Shown here piece after piece: positions 35,800 through 48,008 of a stretch of 64,000 nucleotides of DNA. Source of the DNA: Epithemia pelagica (lineage: Eukaryota; Protista; Bacillariophyta); assembly GCA_946965045.2 (NCBI GenBank), contig OX337239.1, positions 248,001-312,000 on the forward strand. The letters run 5' to 3'. The notes beneath the pieces were generated by a model that saw nothing but the letters and a program-made list of their open reading frames with translations, had not been told where the DNA came from and did no database searches. A program made the translations under genes and the position numbers. How positions within the stretch are numbered: the stretch's first letter is position 1; each line of letters starts with the position of its first letter.

Positions 35800-37069
35800 A
35801 GAACGCCAATCCATGAATCGCTCGCCAAATAATTTGTTTCGTTCTTGTGACTCTTTTCGTTTACTCTTAGAAAATTTTTCGAAGACTAAACGAAAAGAGT
35901 CACAAGGACAGAGGAAACATGCTTTCCTTTTGAGCTGCTGGTACTTTCCTTCAAGATGCTGGTACTTTCCTTTGAGCTCCTCGAATTTGGGAGCGAATGC
36001 TTCTCGAAGTGCCGCCATTAGTTGAGGATTCTGCAGTCCTGCCACCAAGCGACGAGTAAACTCAGCATCGGCGGAACAACAAGCAGCCCTTGGTGGTGCC
36101 ACCAACGTCTTGTTGTCATCCGCTGTCGCTGTTGGCGCTTCCCTCATTGTGGTAGCAACCTTTCTTTTCTGTGATGGAGGAGAGACATGGGATCCTCTGT
36201 CGTTGTTGTTGTCGACATTATCTGCTGTGCTTGTTGTTCCAACAAGTCAACCCGTCGACAGAGATTCTCGGATGTCACTCTAACTGTAGTTATTCGTATG
36301 TTGGTACTATGGTTTGTTGCAACTGCCCGTTGAGCTCGTTGCTGCTGCCGATGCTGCTGCTGCTGCTGCTGTTGGGTTCCTTGTTCCTTGGTGGGTTTTG
36401 GAATCTACAAGATTCGGCGTCGTGCTGGTGGCGGTGATGGTGACACACAGTTGTTTGCCGGTGGCGGCGGCTGCTCGTTTGGTGTTGGAGTAGTGGAATT
36501 GCTATCGTCGTCCTCTTCCCTCGATCGTTTCCGTACAATGTCCAGTTCCCCTTTGGTACTACCCCTTTTCCTTGTTTGCTGTTGCGGCGGCCGACTGTTC
36601 GTCATGGTGTACGAGTATTTCATGGGGATGAGCACTTAGCGATTTTGGAGAGACTGCTGGAGCGGGGAGCTCGTAACGTCATTCAACGTCAAATTACATG
36701 CTTCAACACAAAAAACGCTTGTAGTGGTCATAGATCGATGGTTGGGAGTCGTACATTAATATCATGGATACGTCAAGGGTGAGACCTTACTCGCAAATTA
36801 CGCGGTTGGAGGTGCACCTGCAAATCATACCGTGACTGACCATTAAAATATGCATTGCTATATCATTGCCATATATATTTAACCGTTTCATCAACCGCCA
36901 TGTTTGCTCAATTGTACTTTTTACTCTAGTGTCCGTCCGTTTTCGGTACAGCTGGTCTTTCTGGAAATTCCCACCCCAGACCCCAAGCCTTACGGCCCAT
37001 CATACTGAACTCAGACGAACAGAACAAAACAGATCTATTGAATAGAATATCCATCGACACGAGAAACCA

Positions 37070-37076
37070 ATGAGGC

Positions 37077-37108
<32 letters not shown>

Positions 37109-38695
37109 GACGAATCCACGGATGCTCGTCGTCTCGACACCAGGACGGCAGTCATGGAACCACCACCATCACCACCACCACCACCAGAAACAACAAATGA
37201 CAACATTCCATCCGGCGGACCAGCAGAGGAACCACCCCAACAACGAGTCGACGATACTACCAAGCCACCTGTGTATCGGCAATACATTTTGGATCGCGTG
37301 TCGGGATATTCCTACGTGCCACGAGAGGCACGACCCGGACAAGCCCCCACCACAACCACGGCCACCACCCCTGTCAAACAAGAAGAAGAAGAAGAACAAC
37401 AACAACAACAACAACAACAACAAGAAGCAGCAGCAGCAGCAGCCCGGTCGGATGGACCAGGTCCGAAACATGATCGGCCTTGTTTGTGGAATGTGTTTTG
37501 TTGTTTGGTGCCGTGTTTGGACGAAACTCAAGAAGCACCTCCCCATTGCTTGTGTCGGGTTCCACCCTGTGTGGCTCGGTATCCAGGCTTGTTGGAACAA
37601 AATGCCTGTTGTCGTCGACTCGGTCAAGTGGGATGGCATGAGTGTTTCAAAACGCATCACGTCCGTCGTCGTCGACTCTTTTCGATTGGCTTATTCTTTA
37701 ATATCATTGCCCTCGCCTTGACCATTTGTGCCAGCTTGGCCGGTTTCAAAGACTACGACCTCTTGACCCGCACTAGCTTTGCGCGTGGACATGCCGTGGT
37801 CCAGAATTCGTCGTCGTCGTCGCAAACGAGCACTCGTACGGTGTTGACTCTGAATATTGGCTTTCGGGCCATTGCCGTGGACGATCCCTACAGTTTTGTC
37901 GGTGGCAATCAAGTCCTCTTGTTTGATACCTATTGCGACAATGACAATTTGGGATTGGGTGACAATGGTTTGGCCCTTCGAGATGAATTGGAACATGGAA
38001 TTTGCGGCGATTGTGTGCAAAGTTCGCGTGGCTTCATCTTGGCCTGTTTGTTTAACATTGTGGTGATTTGCAGGAATATCTTGTCCGATTTTACCCGCAT
38101 GTACCCCAAATACGATTTGAATTGTCCCAATCTCATGGGCAGTCTCATGAGTACCCTCTCTGTCTTTTTGGGTCTCTTTACCATGTTTGCCTACCAAGAA
38201 CGATGCTTGTTTAATATTGATGCCGAAGTGGTGGGAACCAATTTTACCAGCCGGGACGATAGTACAAATACGACACTGGAATCCTCGTTGTTCCCCGGAC
38301 TCTTTGAATCCTCCACTACTACTACTAATGGTGAGGATCCAACGCCGCTGGTGGTCACGTTTGATTGGTGGCGTGGTCCCGGTTTGACGTATTTGGGCAT
38401 TGCCACCGTGTTGCGCTTGGTCGATGCCTTGTGCAATTACATTGTGCCCACACCCACCATTACGCGGAATCGTCACGAACAAGCCGACTATGAACAAACG
38501 TACGGTCCAGTACCCACGACTGGCGTGGAAGAGGAACAGGACGACGACGACGACGACAATGCGCCACAACCAGACAAGGACGGCGGCGATAACAATCACC
38601 ACCAAGATCCGCCGGACCACAACAGCGTTGCCGTAGAAGAAGGACTGGAACCGAATGATCACAGAACATTGCCCGCTCCAGAATCAAGCCTTTGA
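37070..38695 (+). CDS. Tetraspan membrane protein, paralog 2 of 15536-16915
   Basis: Shares YILDRV.G.SYVPR, PPH.LCRVP.CVA, CRRLG..G.H, LNIGFRA.AVDDP, CGDCV.SS, RMYPKYDLNCPNL, FDWWRGPGL and VPTP.ITR with paralog 1. Confidence 0.8.
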
Positions 38696-39423
38696 CCCCG
38701 AAATGGAAGCGACGAGGAAAGGCAAGGACGACTGTTTGTCCGACGGTCACACGATATATTCAGGGTGGACCGCCGGTCTAGGATTGGGCTACTGTCTCGA
38801 ACCACACAGACAGGAACACACGCCAAAGGAACACTGTAGAATTGAGACTTGCGGCACGTTCCTTTCCAATCTGCGGTACGGTCCTTCCACAACTCCATGT
38901 ATACCTTCTATTCGCCCAAGCGGCTCAGTCCTGGACCACTCGTCCGCAGTCGTCGTCGGATCCAGCGGTGGGGGTGGTGCCATATAATGTATGTGTTCCC
39001 CTATTATCAACCCAATGCATTCCGTTTCAAGGAACAAGGAGAGAATCTAGAATTGAGAGCAACGCGGTATTCCATATTAGAAAGAGAGAGAGACTCTCCC
39101 CTGTAACAGGTCTTTCCATTCGACCAAGAATACGGTGAAGATTTCTCCTAGTATTCATGAGTAGTACGTAGTTCTCCAAGAAGATACGAACGTTCTACGA
39201 ACGGGCATGCCAACTATACGCGACCGCATCTTTGCTCTCATTTTTTCGTTTCTCCGATCTTTGGGGGTCGAGGCTCTTTTTCGACAGAAAAAGTTTCACC
39301 GCATCCTTCTCTTTCGTTCCAGTCGTCGACCATAAAACCAACAAACAACTTCTCTCATTCATTCTACCCTGTTGTTGTGTAACAGAGTGAACACAGAGAA
39401 CCACTGCTGCTGCTGCTGCGACA

Positions 39424-41352
39424 ATGGCGGAGGACCACGACACGAAGAAGGACGCTCGCATCCAAGAGTTGGAAGCACGGATTGTCGAACTCGAGCAGGT
39501 GGCCCGTCTATGGTCGTCGTCGTCACAGACAACGACCGGCCAGCCGAAAGTCACGTCCAGTACTACAACAAGGACCACCGAGAACGAGACGGCGGACAAA
39601 GGCCCTTCTCCTACTCGAACGGAACCGCCGCCCGACGAGACGACTCGACCCGACCATTTTCAATCGCAACTTTCTTCGTGGCAAATCGAACGATACAGTC
39701 GTCCCTTGTTGTTGCCATCCTCGACCACATTTGGTGGTGTGGCTGGTCAAGTGGCCTTGAGTCAATCGTCCGTCCTGGTGGTGGGAGCGGGAGGGATTGG
39801 CAGTACCGTTCTCTTGTATTTGGCCGGAGCCGGTGTGGGTCAGTTGGGCATTTGCGATCACGATTGTGTGGAAGTGGCCAATTTGCATCGTCAAGTCTTG
39901 CATTCGACACTGACCGTCGGATGGAACAAGGCCCGGTCGGCCCAGTATCGCATTCAACAATTGAATCCCCACGTGTCGTGTACCCTCTATACCAAGGAAC
40001 CCGTCCATCATGGCACTGTCGAAAGCATGATTGAACCGTACGATTGCATTGTCGATTGTTCCGACAATCGATTCACACGCTATCTCCTCAATGATGCCTG
40101 TGTCCTGGCCCACAAACCATTGGTTTCGGGCAGTGCCTTGGGAACCGAAGGACAATTGACCGTCTATTGGAACCAGAACCACAACCAAAACAACAACCAA
40201 AACCACAACAACAACAACGACGACAAGGCGCCATTGAATGCGGTCGATCAGGCCCTGCAATCATCCACGGAACAACGATCCAATCCGTGTTATCGGTGTT
40301 TGTATCCCTGTCCCAGCAACACAACGACACCTGCTGGATCGGTCCCTCCCGTCACGGGCCGTTCCTGTTCGGATGCGGGAGTCTTGGGACCCGTCCCCGG
40401 GTTGATTGGTATTTTGCAAGCCGTTGAAGTCCTCAAAGTCTTGACCCGAAACACGACAAGCATGGACAAGGACAAGGCCAGCAGCAGTACGGAGGCGTCG
40501 CCTCGTAGTACTATTGCCGGGAACATGGATCAACGCATGCTTCTGTACGATGCCATGGCCACGTCGTTTTTGAGCATTCAAAAACCACGACAGGCCCAAC
40601 CCCATTGTCTCGTGTGTGGCAAAACTCCAAGCATTCGATCCATGGCGGACAGTTTGGACAATTTGACGCGCCATTTAAAAGAAGCCGGACCCTATCAAAA
40701 AGTACTACAACAACGCCAACCACCATCCCAACCAGCAGCGTCCAACCCTCCATTTCCACAAGTCACGGCGGTCGAATACAATCGCCTGTACGAAATCAAA
40801 CGACAGCGTTCCAAACAACAACAACAAAAGGCGAGTTCCCCAACAGGCAAGGATGACACGGATCCCCAACCATCTCCACTTCACAAGAAGCAAAAAGTCC
40901 ACGAACAAAGCGACCGCACAAGTCAACAGCCACCACAAGACGACAACGACACAACGACTGCCAACCAAGATACTCATATTCTTCTGGATGTTCGCAATGC
41001 CGAGCAGTATGCATTGTGTGCCTTGCCCGGGTCGGTCAACATTCCCCTCTCCCAATTGTCGAAGCGATGGACCGAACTGGTCGCCCTGGCCACCACCAAC
41101 TCGTCGTCGTCTCCGAATGGTGGTAGTCCGAAACCCATTTATTGCATGTGTCGTCGCGGATTCGCATCCGTGGCGGCCACCAAACTACTCTTGGCCAAGA
41201 AACAGGAACAACAAGAACAAAACGGTTCATCCAACGACAAGGACGACAAACAACCCGAAACCAAGACTCTATTGAATTCGGAGATTATCAATGTCCAAGG
41301 AGGATTGGATGCCTGGCGAAGGACAGTGGATCCAACCTTTCCGAAGTATTAA
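39424..41352 (+). CDS. MOCS3: Adenylyltransferase/sulfurtransferase MOCS3/UBA4 (MoeB/ThiF + rhodanese)
   Basis: ERYSR, VLVVGAGGIG, NLHRQ, DCSDN, CYRCLYP, CSDAGVLGP and CLVCG. Rhodanese domain LLDVR..CRRGFAS..GGLDAW..VDPTFPKY. Confidence 0.95.
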   Translation: MAEDHDTKKDARIQELEARIVELEQVARLWSSSSQTTTGQPKVTSSTTTRTTENETADKGPSPTRTEPPPDETTRPDHFQSQLSSWQIERYSRPLLLPSSTTFGGVAGQVALSQSSVLVVGAGGIGSTVLLYLAGAGVGQLGICDHDCVEVANLHRQVLHSTLTVGWNKARSAQYRIQQLNPHVSCTLYTKEPVHHGTVESMIEPYDCIVDCSDNRFTRYLLNDACVLAHKPLVSGSALGTEGQLTVYWNQNHNQNNNQNHNNNNDDKAPLNAVDQALQSSTEQRSNPCYRCLYPCPSNTTTPAGSVPPVTGRSCSDAGVLGPVPGLIGILQAVEVLKVLTRNTTSMDKDKASSSTEASPRSTIAGNMDQRMLLYDAMATSFLSIQKPRQAQPHCLVCGKTPSIRSMADSLDNLTRHLKEAGPYQKVLQQRQPPSQPAASNPPFPQVTAVEYNRLYEIKRQRSKQQQQKASSPTGKDDTDPQPSPLHKKQKVHEQSDRTSQQPPQDDNDTTTANQDTHILLDVRNAEQYALCALPGSVNIPLSQLSKRWTELVALATTNSSSSPNGGSPKPIYCMCRRGFASVAATKLLLAKKQEQQEQNGSSNDKDDKQPETKTLLNSEIINVQGGLDAWRRTVDPTFPKY

Positions 41353-41890
41353 AAAGAAAACCAAGGCTTCTGACCAATACTACTACGAAGGATGGTTCGG
41401 CTGCGGGTACTACGACCCAATTCTCACAGAGTCCCCGAGGAACTCGCATCACACCCAAAATCGTCCTGTACAATGGTTTCCACAATCTACAACCACAAGC
41501 TGCGCTATCCATGATGTCGATTATTTCCCGTCTCCCCTAGATTTCCCCTCAGGTATTTTCTTTTTGAAGGCCTGTTTGGAGTTATTACGGGGTACAAGGA
41601 TTCGAAGCGAGCTATTTGAAATTTCAAATGTCAGTCTAAAGGTGTAGTTCGAGCAGGTAGATTAAGCTAGCCCACTAATGCTACTATTTTTATACAGCAT
41701 GAGCTATACGAAGATCATTTTAGCGTTAAAGTCGCTGAGAGTGAATCTAAAAGACATGTCCGAGATCCAAGAGATGAATTTTTGCCTCATCAATGATCAA
41801 TAGATTCAATGGGCATGATCTGTTCTGATTTCTGAGGCGTATAATCTGATCTTGTTGTCCTTCCATGCGCCAAAGTACAAGACTTCTTAG

Positions 41891-42175
41891 TTTGTCCTTG
41901 TACGTTGTACCTTGTACTTGGGCTCTCAACTCTCAACTCTGAATGACTTGAGTAGTGAGTAGTGAGAAGGAGAGGAAACAGAAAACAGAGAAGAAGGACC
42001 GACACTCGTCCCTCCTCGTCGACTACACCAGTAAGGGAACTCGGAACTCGGGAACCGGGCAAGTGCAGAAGTTGTTGGGCGTGTCTCTTTTCTAATGCGA
42101 AGTGCGCACTCATTCATCCTCTGAAGGATTCCAAATTCCAACTTCCAACAGTACGTAATACGTAATACGTAGTAC
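41891..42175. repeat. Degenerate 7-bp-periodic tract; continues at 52613-52920 on the other side of the copia insertion
   Basis: TTGTACG TTGTACC TTGTACT; TCAACTC x2; AGTGAGT AGTGAGA; AACTCGG x2; TTCCAAA TTCCAAC TTCCAAC; AGTACGT AATACGT AATACGT AGTAC. Confidence 0.75.
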
Positions 42176-42630
42176 TGTTGTTTTTCACTACTGTCGAGTA
42201 ACGAAAAAGAGCTCTTTTGCAAAATTGTGTGTTTCTAGATTATCGTGTGCAAGCTATGAATCGCTCCTGCTCATGCGTTGAGCGTTGACTCGTAGATTGG
42301 TGCGTTGATCGACCAAATTGGCGGTCCCAATTGTTTATGGACGACCTTGCTGCCTCTTCTGGGCTTCGTGGCTCCCTAAGTGGCGTCCGCTTACTTAGGA
42401 GCCAGTACCGTTATTGCTCTGGCCATGGGAGTCGTTGTTTAGAGCGGCATGAGTGTTACATAGCCGTCGTCCAAATCCCATGTTGAGATGCGTCGTTCGT
42501 CTTTGTTGATTTGTGATTTGTGAGAGGCGGCGGTTCAATGATGCGTTGGGCGTGTTGTGTCATGGGAATTCTGTCTCTGTCCCCATTGTCCCCCACGTGT
42601 AGTTATGCCCTTGCGTACAGTATTTGAACA
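42176..42630 (-). repeat. 3' LTR (455 bp)
   Basis: Identical by eye to 48009-48023 joined to 52173-52612, except g42626 vs c52608. Confidence 0.97.
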
Positions 42631-42637
42631 CTCCCTC
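42631..42637 (-). promoter_or_regulatory. Polypurine tract (GAGGGAG) abutting the 3' LTR
   Basis: The minus strand reads ...GTGAGGGAG|TGTTCAAAT, as expected for a copia PPT. Confidence 0.8.
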
Positions 42638-42666
42638 ACAGAGCGGTATTGTCAGGACTACCAGGA

Positions 42667-45600
42667 CTACCAGCCCATGATAGATTTGCGATGTCGCTCG
42701 AACGTATCCTTGTCCAAGGCTTTGGTGAAGATGTCGGCAGTTTGTAGCTCAGTATCACATGGTAGTATTGTGATCTGTTTCTGTTCCACATATTCTTTGA
42801 AGTGGAAGAGTTTTGTACACAGATAGCGTGTTCGAGGACAATATTTGTGGACGGTTGCTAATTTGAATGCTCCATTGTTGTCCTCAAACGCTCGGCAATG
42901 CACTCTTGGTTGCGTCGATATGACCTTGTATCCCCGCGTTTTCATTTCCTTGGTGATATGCATCAGTGGGATGACCGTCCGTAGTGACGTCGACAGACTA
43001 ATGATCTCGGCCTCGGTTGTGGAAAGAGCAATCTCAGTCTGTAATTTAGAAGCCCACACAATAGGGCAGCCCCCGTAGAAGATGATATAGCCGGTACGAG
43101 ATCGTGCCATATCCGTCCTGGGCATATCAGTTTTGTTGAAGTTCCCACAAAAATCCGCATCGGCATAGACATCGAAGTTGGCATCTTCTTGTGGATTCAG
43201 CAGTATGCCGAGAGTACGGGTCGACGCAAGATAGCGTCCGATTTGCTTGACTGCTCTTCCGTGTATTTGCTTTGGATTTGCTGCAAATCTCGCGCATTGG
43301 TGCACGGCATACGAAATGTCCGGTCGTGTACTTTTCTCGAGGAAGTTCAACTTCCCAATCACAGAGCAATAATGGAAGTGTCCGTCGAATGGGTCACCGT
43401 CGTCATCTGAGCGCATCTTTACTGTACTTGCTGCTGGTATGTCTTTTCCTTGGGCGTCCTCCGGCAATCGTAAGTCATCGAGAATCGAATCAATTAGTCG
43501 TGTCTGGGATAGATGCATCTGACCCGATTCCTGTTTTGTGATATGGACCCCTAAGAAATCTTCAACCCCGTCTTCATATGTCATCTTAAGCCCGATCTCT
43601 TCTAACTTGGCGATGATGCGATTCAGTTCTTCTGGATCCGGCCCTGTAAGAATTGAGTCATCTGTATACAATATGTATATGCTTTGGCCGTGATAAAACA
43701 GTCATTCGTCATGAGAGCTTTGTGTGAATCCTGCCTTCTCGAGCTGTTGTACCAGATGTTTGTTCCATACACGTGCTGCTTGCTTCTGTCCGTAGTAATT
43801 ACGCCGAATTTTGAGTCCATAGTCTTCAGCCTTTTGTTCACCCTTAGTGTCGAAGGTAAAAGCCTTTGGAGCCTCCATGTACATATCCGTCTCGGCCATT
43901 GCTTGGGTGTACGCTAGGACGTAGTCGACCTGTTTAATAGCCCATCCTTGCGCCAGAGCGGTCGTTAGAACATATCGTACAACAGGCCATTGGACAACAG
44001 GGGCATAGGTCTCCCAATAGTTGACCCCCTTTGTTTGTCCGGACCCATCAAAAGCTAGTCGTGATTTCCACTTGTAAATTTCCCCGGTCTCTAGCCTGCG
44101 CTTCCGCATGCAGCTCCAGACAGCGCGAGTAATATAGCTACCGGGAGGAATGTCTTTTCGGCGTACGATCTCCCACAATCCATTTTCAGTGTGATCTCTG
44201 ACTTCCTTTTGTGCGGCCTTGATAAATTCGTGGCGATCTGGTTGTTGCATGGCTTCGTGCCAATACATAACGTCAGGATTCTTCTGTGCTTGCGCCGTCA
44301 TGCTCACGATGCCTGGGAGAGCAATAGCTAGTTCCCCCAATGGATTTAGGTCGTCGCCGAGTTCTGCCATGTATTCTTGATATCGTGTTGTCGGTCTTGG
44401 CTCCCTTTGTGACCGTCGGATACCAGCTCCCTCATGCACGGGGATATTTGGTACGGCATCTCCCTCATCGTCTCTTGTCGGTGTAGCCTGATCTTGGTCC
44501 ACTATCTCCTCGTTGTTGTCTACCTCCCTCATGGGTGCGTCTAGATTGATAGCTTTTGCTTGTTTGGGTCGTGCTGTTCCGCTCGTCCGTTTGCTGAATC
44601 CCGCGCGCTGTTGCCAATAAGAGATTGGTTGGGCTTCTCCAAAACTACGACGGATAGTCTCAAAGTTGTCGTCATAGTGCACATGGAACTGTGGTGACGA
44701 TAGGCCCGATGAAAGGGACAAAATAAGCCCAATCGTCCTTGCATGTTGCGCCGAGTAAGCCAGGAAGATACCAACCCGCGATCGTTCGGACCACTTCGGT
44801 AGGCCCTTTCCAGCTTGAAGTTTGTTATCCAGCACATAACTTGGGCATCCGAAGGTATGTGCATTTCGGATGTTGAATCGCACAGGGGAACCGGAGAAGA
44901 GTTCAATCGGTGTCTTGTCTTTATGTTTCTTCATAGGAGCTTCGTTAAACATGTCTGATGCATACCGAACGGCATACGGCCATAGGTTCGTTGTGATTGC
45001 TGTGGGCCATCGTCGGTGTGCATGCAATAGCATAGTTCTTGCCGAGTCTTGTAGATCGCGTATCCGACGTTCGGCCATGCCACTCTGGAAATGAGCGTTG
45101 ACGCCACTGAAAGTCAGTCGCTGGCCTTTGCTCGCGACTGCTTTTCTAAACTCGTTGTCCGCGAAAATCCCATTGTCGGCATGATAATGCTGGATAGCCA
45201 CCCCATGGGTTTCTGCCCATGACTCGAATCTCTCCTTAGCTTCAATAGTATCAGTAGCTGAGGTAGACCGCTGTAGATGTACATAGCCGATTCCCGAGAA
45301 GTGATCCACGAAAACAGTTGCAACGCGATATCGTTCTCGCGTGGGAGTACCGCGCATGTGTGCAATATAACCAGGCGTATTCGAGATGAGCTGGTCCACT
45401 GACACGCATTGACCGGGGCGCGTCATTGTATCTAAAGTTCCTTGCGATCCCTTGACTCGCCATGGTTTCTTCGTCGCTTTGCCGTACAGGCATGCAGTGC
45501 ATGCTGGAACTGCACATGATCCCAGTCGCCTTGGTAATGCTCCTTGGCGTGCCATGGTTTGGATCTTTGCCATTGATAAATGTCCGAGTCGATGGTGAGT

Positions 45601-46704
45601 GCGAAGGAGTTCAGCTGTTGGACTTTCATGCGGCACTTCTTCTTCGTTTGGTATCACATGCACCACTTTTTCCGTATCGAATAAAAAATCTGTCGTCAAT
45701 GGCGTGTCTCGATGTGGAAAGTATTGCTCGTTGTGTTCGTCATCCATGTCCGTCCGGTCCTCGAGACTCCCTTCGTCGTCACTTGTTCTTGGTACGTTGT
45801 CTTCCTGTGTGGCGTTGTCATCGTCTTCGATCACATTTGCCTCACTAACAATCGGTGGATTGTTGCCATCTTCACAGATTTTACAACAAAAGCTTTGGTA
45901 GTGGGTCATTCCGGTGGCCGTGGAGAACTCTCCCACATTGGTGCCTCGCCGATTCAACGGAATCGTTCGTTTGCTCGTTCCTTGGTTCCATTCCAGGGTA
46001 ATTGTGTTGTCAGTGGTGAAACATCGGGTACCATGCGGCTTCGGTCGGTGATCTCGTGCCACTTGCGCCCAGTGTTGCGGGGAAAGGAGTCGATGTGACG
46101 TGGATGGAATATAGAATGACCCGGGGAGCACAATGCGGTATACTTGCCCATCGTCGTCTTCGATGTCCCATTTGATCGTCGTGGAGTACACCTTGGTCTT
46201 GTATAGTCCAGCAATTCCCTTTATTTTGCGTTGAATTGGTGTTGGAGATGTCAAGCAATCGGTGATATCGTGGGTGATTGATGCTGTGGCACAGTTGTCG
46301 ATGAAGAGAGGTTTGCTGTCCGAGTCAAATCGGACCGAATGCGCCTTGACCAGTTTGCTTGCCACCGGAGCTGCAAGTATCGTGGTCATGCACAGTCCTT
46401 TCATGAGGCTCGAGTTCCACTGTTTTCGTCGTCTCCTGGTTGCTGGCGATCTTGGCCTTGGTCTATATCTGGGTGGTGGAATGGCTGCATCAAGTATTGC
46501 CAGGCTGTTGGCCATCATGGTCGATATCGTGGTCCATAAATAGTCGATCCATCTTGCATTCGTGGCTGGAGCAGTAGTAGTTGTAGCTTCATCATCATAA
46601 CCTACTAGGACATACAAGTAAAGAGTTGTTGTCGCTAGTAAGATATAGATGAGCTGTTCGAAAGTCTTGGTGAACAGCCCGAGGAGTGACCTCGGGTCTG
46701 GTTG
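42667..46704 (-). pseudogene. pol: copia pol (protease, integrase, reverse transcriptase, RNase H) with one premature stop
   Basis: PR: LFIDNCAT. IN: HHRLGH..CTAC, VSVDQL, VFVDHFS, HADNG, AERRIR. RT: WKSRLAFDG, QVDYVLAY, YGQKQA, YTDD. RH: ADADF..TEAE..EDN..ADIFTK. In-frame TGA at 43704-43702 (SSHDE*LFYHG, where Cys is expected); the frame continues to 42667. Confidence 0.93.
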
Positions 46705-46707
46705 TCA
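46678..46707 (-). promoter_or_regulatory. Putative programmed stop-codon readthrough signal between gag and pol
   Basis: TGA CAACCAGA CCCGAGG-TCACT-CCTCGGG: a CARYYA context followed by a 7-bp GC-rich stem-loop after an 8-nt spacer. pol continues in the gag frame. Confidence 0.7.
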
Positions 46708-47964
46708 TTCTTCATCCGAGGACTCTTCTTGGGCAGGGAGATCAGCCAAAGCATTTGCCAAACGGAGTGCCGGGGTGGTTCCTTCTTTTCCCGTATCCGC
46801 GTGCGCTGCGTCATACGCTTTCTTCTTGTCTCCAGTCAATCCGCGTCCGCTGCACGTGGCTGAGGTATGGTTCTTGTTGAGAGACCATTTCTCGTGCCAC
46901 TTGCACCAATAGTAGGTCTTGCCGTTCACTTCTTTCACTTCTGGACCTCCCTCAGGCGGACCAGTGGTTTGCCAAGCTTCTTTGAGTCCCTCTTTGTCCT
47001 TAGTCTGTTTAGCCTTGCCGGTCTTGTTGTTGCTACCAGTGCTACCTTCATTGCTTTGTGCAGAACGTCCCTTTGCCATGCGTTTCACCTGGGCCTCAAG
47101 GGCAATAATCTTCTGGTCGCGCTCCGATAGGGACTGCCATTTCTTGGCTTCCACTAGTGCCTGGTACTTAAGCCGTGCCCAATCCATGAGTTGCGTGGGA
47201 GTTAGGTTCGGCGAATCTCCTTCTTTGTATGCGTTCTTGCGACGCCTGATCATTTCCAGAAAGTTCTCGTCGTTCACCGTTTCATATGCCTTGAATAGGT
47301 TCGGGAGGAGGTCGAGGGTCCGTTCCCCACGTGCACTTAGGCCCTACAATGTTTCTTTCACGTACGAGTTGAACTTAATAATGTCTCCGTTGAAGTCTGC
47401 GATATGGATGTGAAGGTCCGACAGACGCTGGCGTAGCACCATTACGGTCGCTTCGGTATCCACATGAGCCAAGGAAATGATGACCTTGAGGAGCAATGGC
47501 CCGACACCCTTGTTGTCCACGATGAATTCGTCGCGTCGGAGATTGACTTGTGCCCTCGCTTCTTCGTTTAACGATGCCATGAGACACATGTAGGACATGT
47601 AGGAGTTCTGCGTGATGCGATTCTGTCCGAGGAAGCTGTCCACGTAGTCGCGCACTTGTCGAAGGGAAACTCGTCCGTAGGCTTGAGTAAGGAGATGAGT
47701 AGGAGCAGCTGGAGGAGCTGGTCCTGCTGCAGGAGGGACCACGATATGTTCCGGAATGGAGAATGTGCTAGTCCAAGATTGCTCGACGATGCGATCTTGA
47801 AACGAATCGAGGAAAATCTTGAGTCCCTCCGCATGGAGATCGTAGAGATCTCCGCCATCAAAAAGTCCTGTCGTCGCTTGCTTGTATAACTTCGAGCCTG
47901 CCGCGGTCGTAAAGTTGATTACGTTGTTCGCGTTGGCGTTCGCGGGAGAGATTGCAAAAGCCAT
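46705..47964 (-). pseudogene. gag: copia gag with one internal TAG
   Basis: ORF 47964-47344 and ORF 47277-46705 are in the same frame, separated by TAG at 47346-47344 (KETL*GLSARG). C-terminal CxxH..H....C knuckle variant YWCKWHEKWSLNKNHTSATC. Confidence 0.88.
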
Positions 47965-47994
47965 GGTCGACGATCAGAGATGCTGTTGTTTACA

Positions 47995-48008
47995 GCGCAG
48001 AGGAAGCG
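47995..48008 (-). promoter_or_regulatory. Primer-binding site, complementary to the D-arm of initiator tRNA-Met (putative)
   Basis: Directly follows the 5' LTR end. The plus strand GCGCAGAGGAAGCG matches eukaryotic tRNA-iMet nt 10-23 (GCGCAG[C/T]GGAAGCG) at 13/14 positions. Confidence 0.6.

Noticed and set aside
47344-47346. Second programmed readthrough inside gag
   Set aside because: The context TAG GGC CTA lacks CARYYA and I saw no downstream stem. A simple nonsense mutation is more likely.
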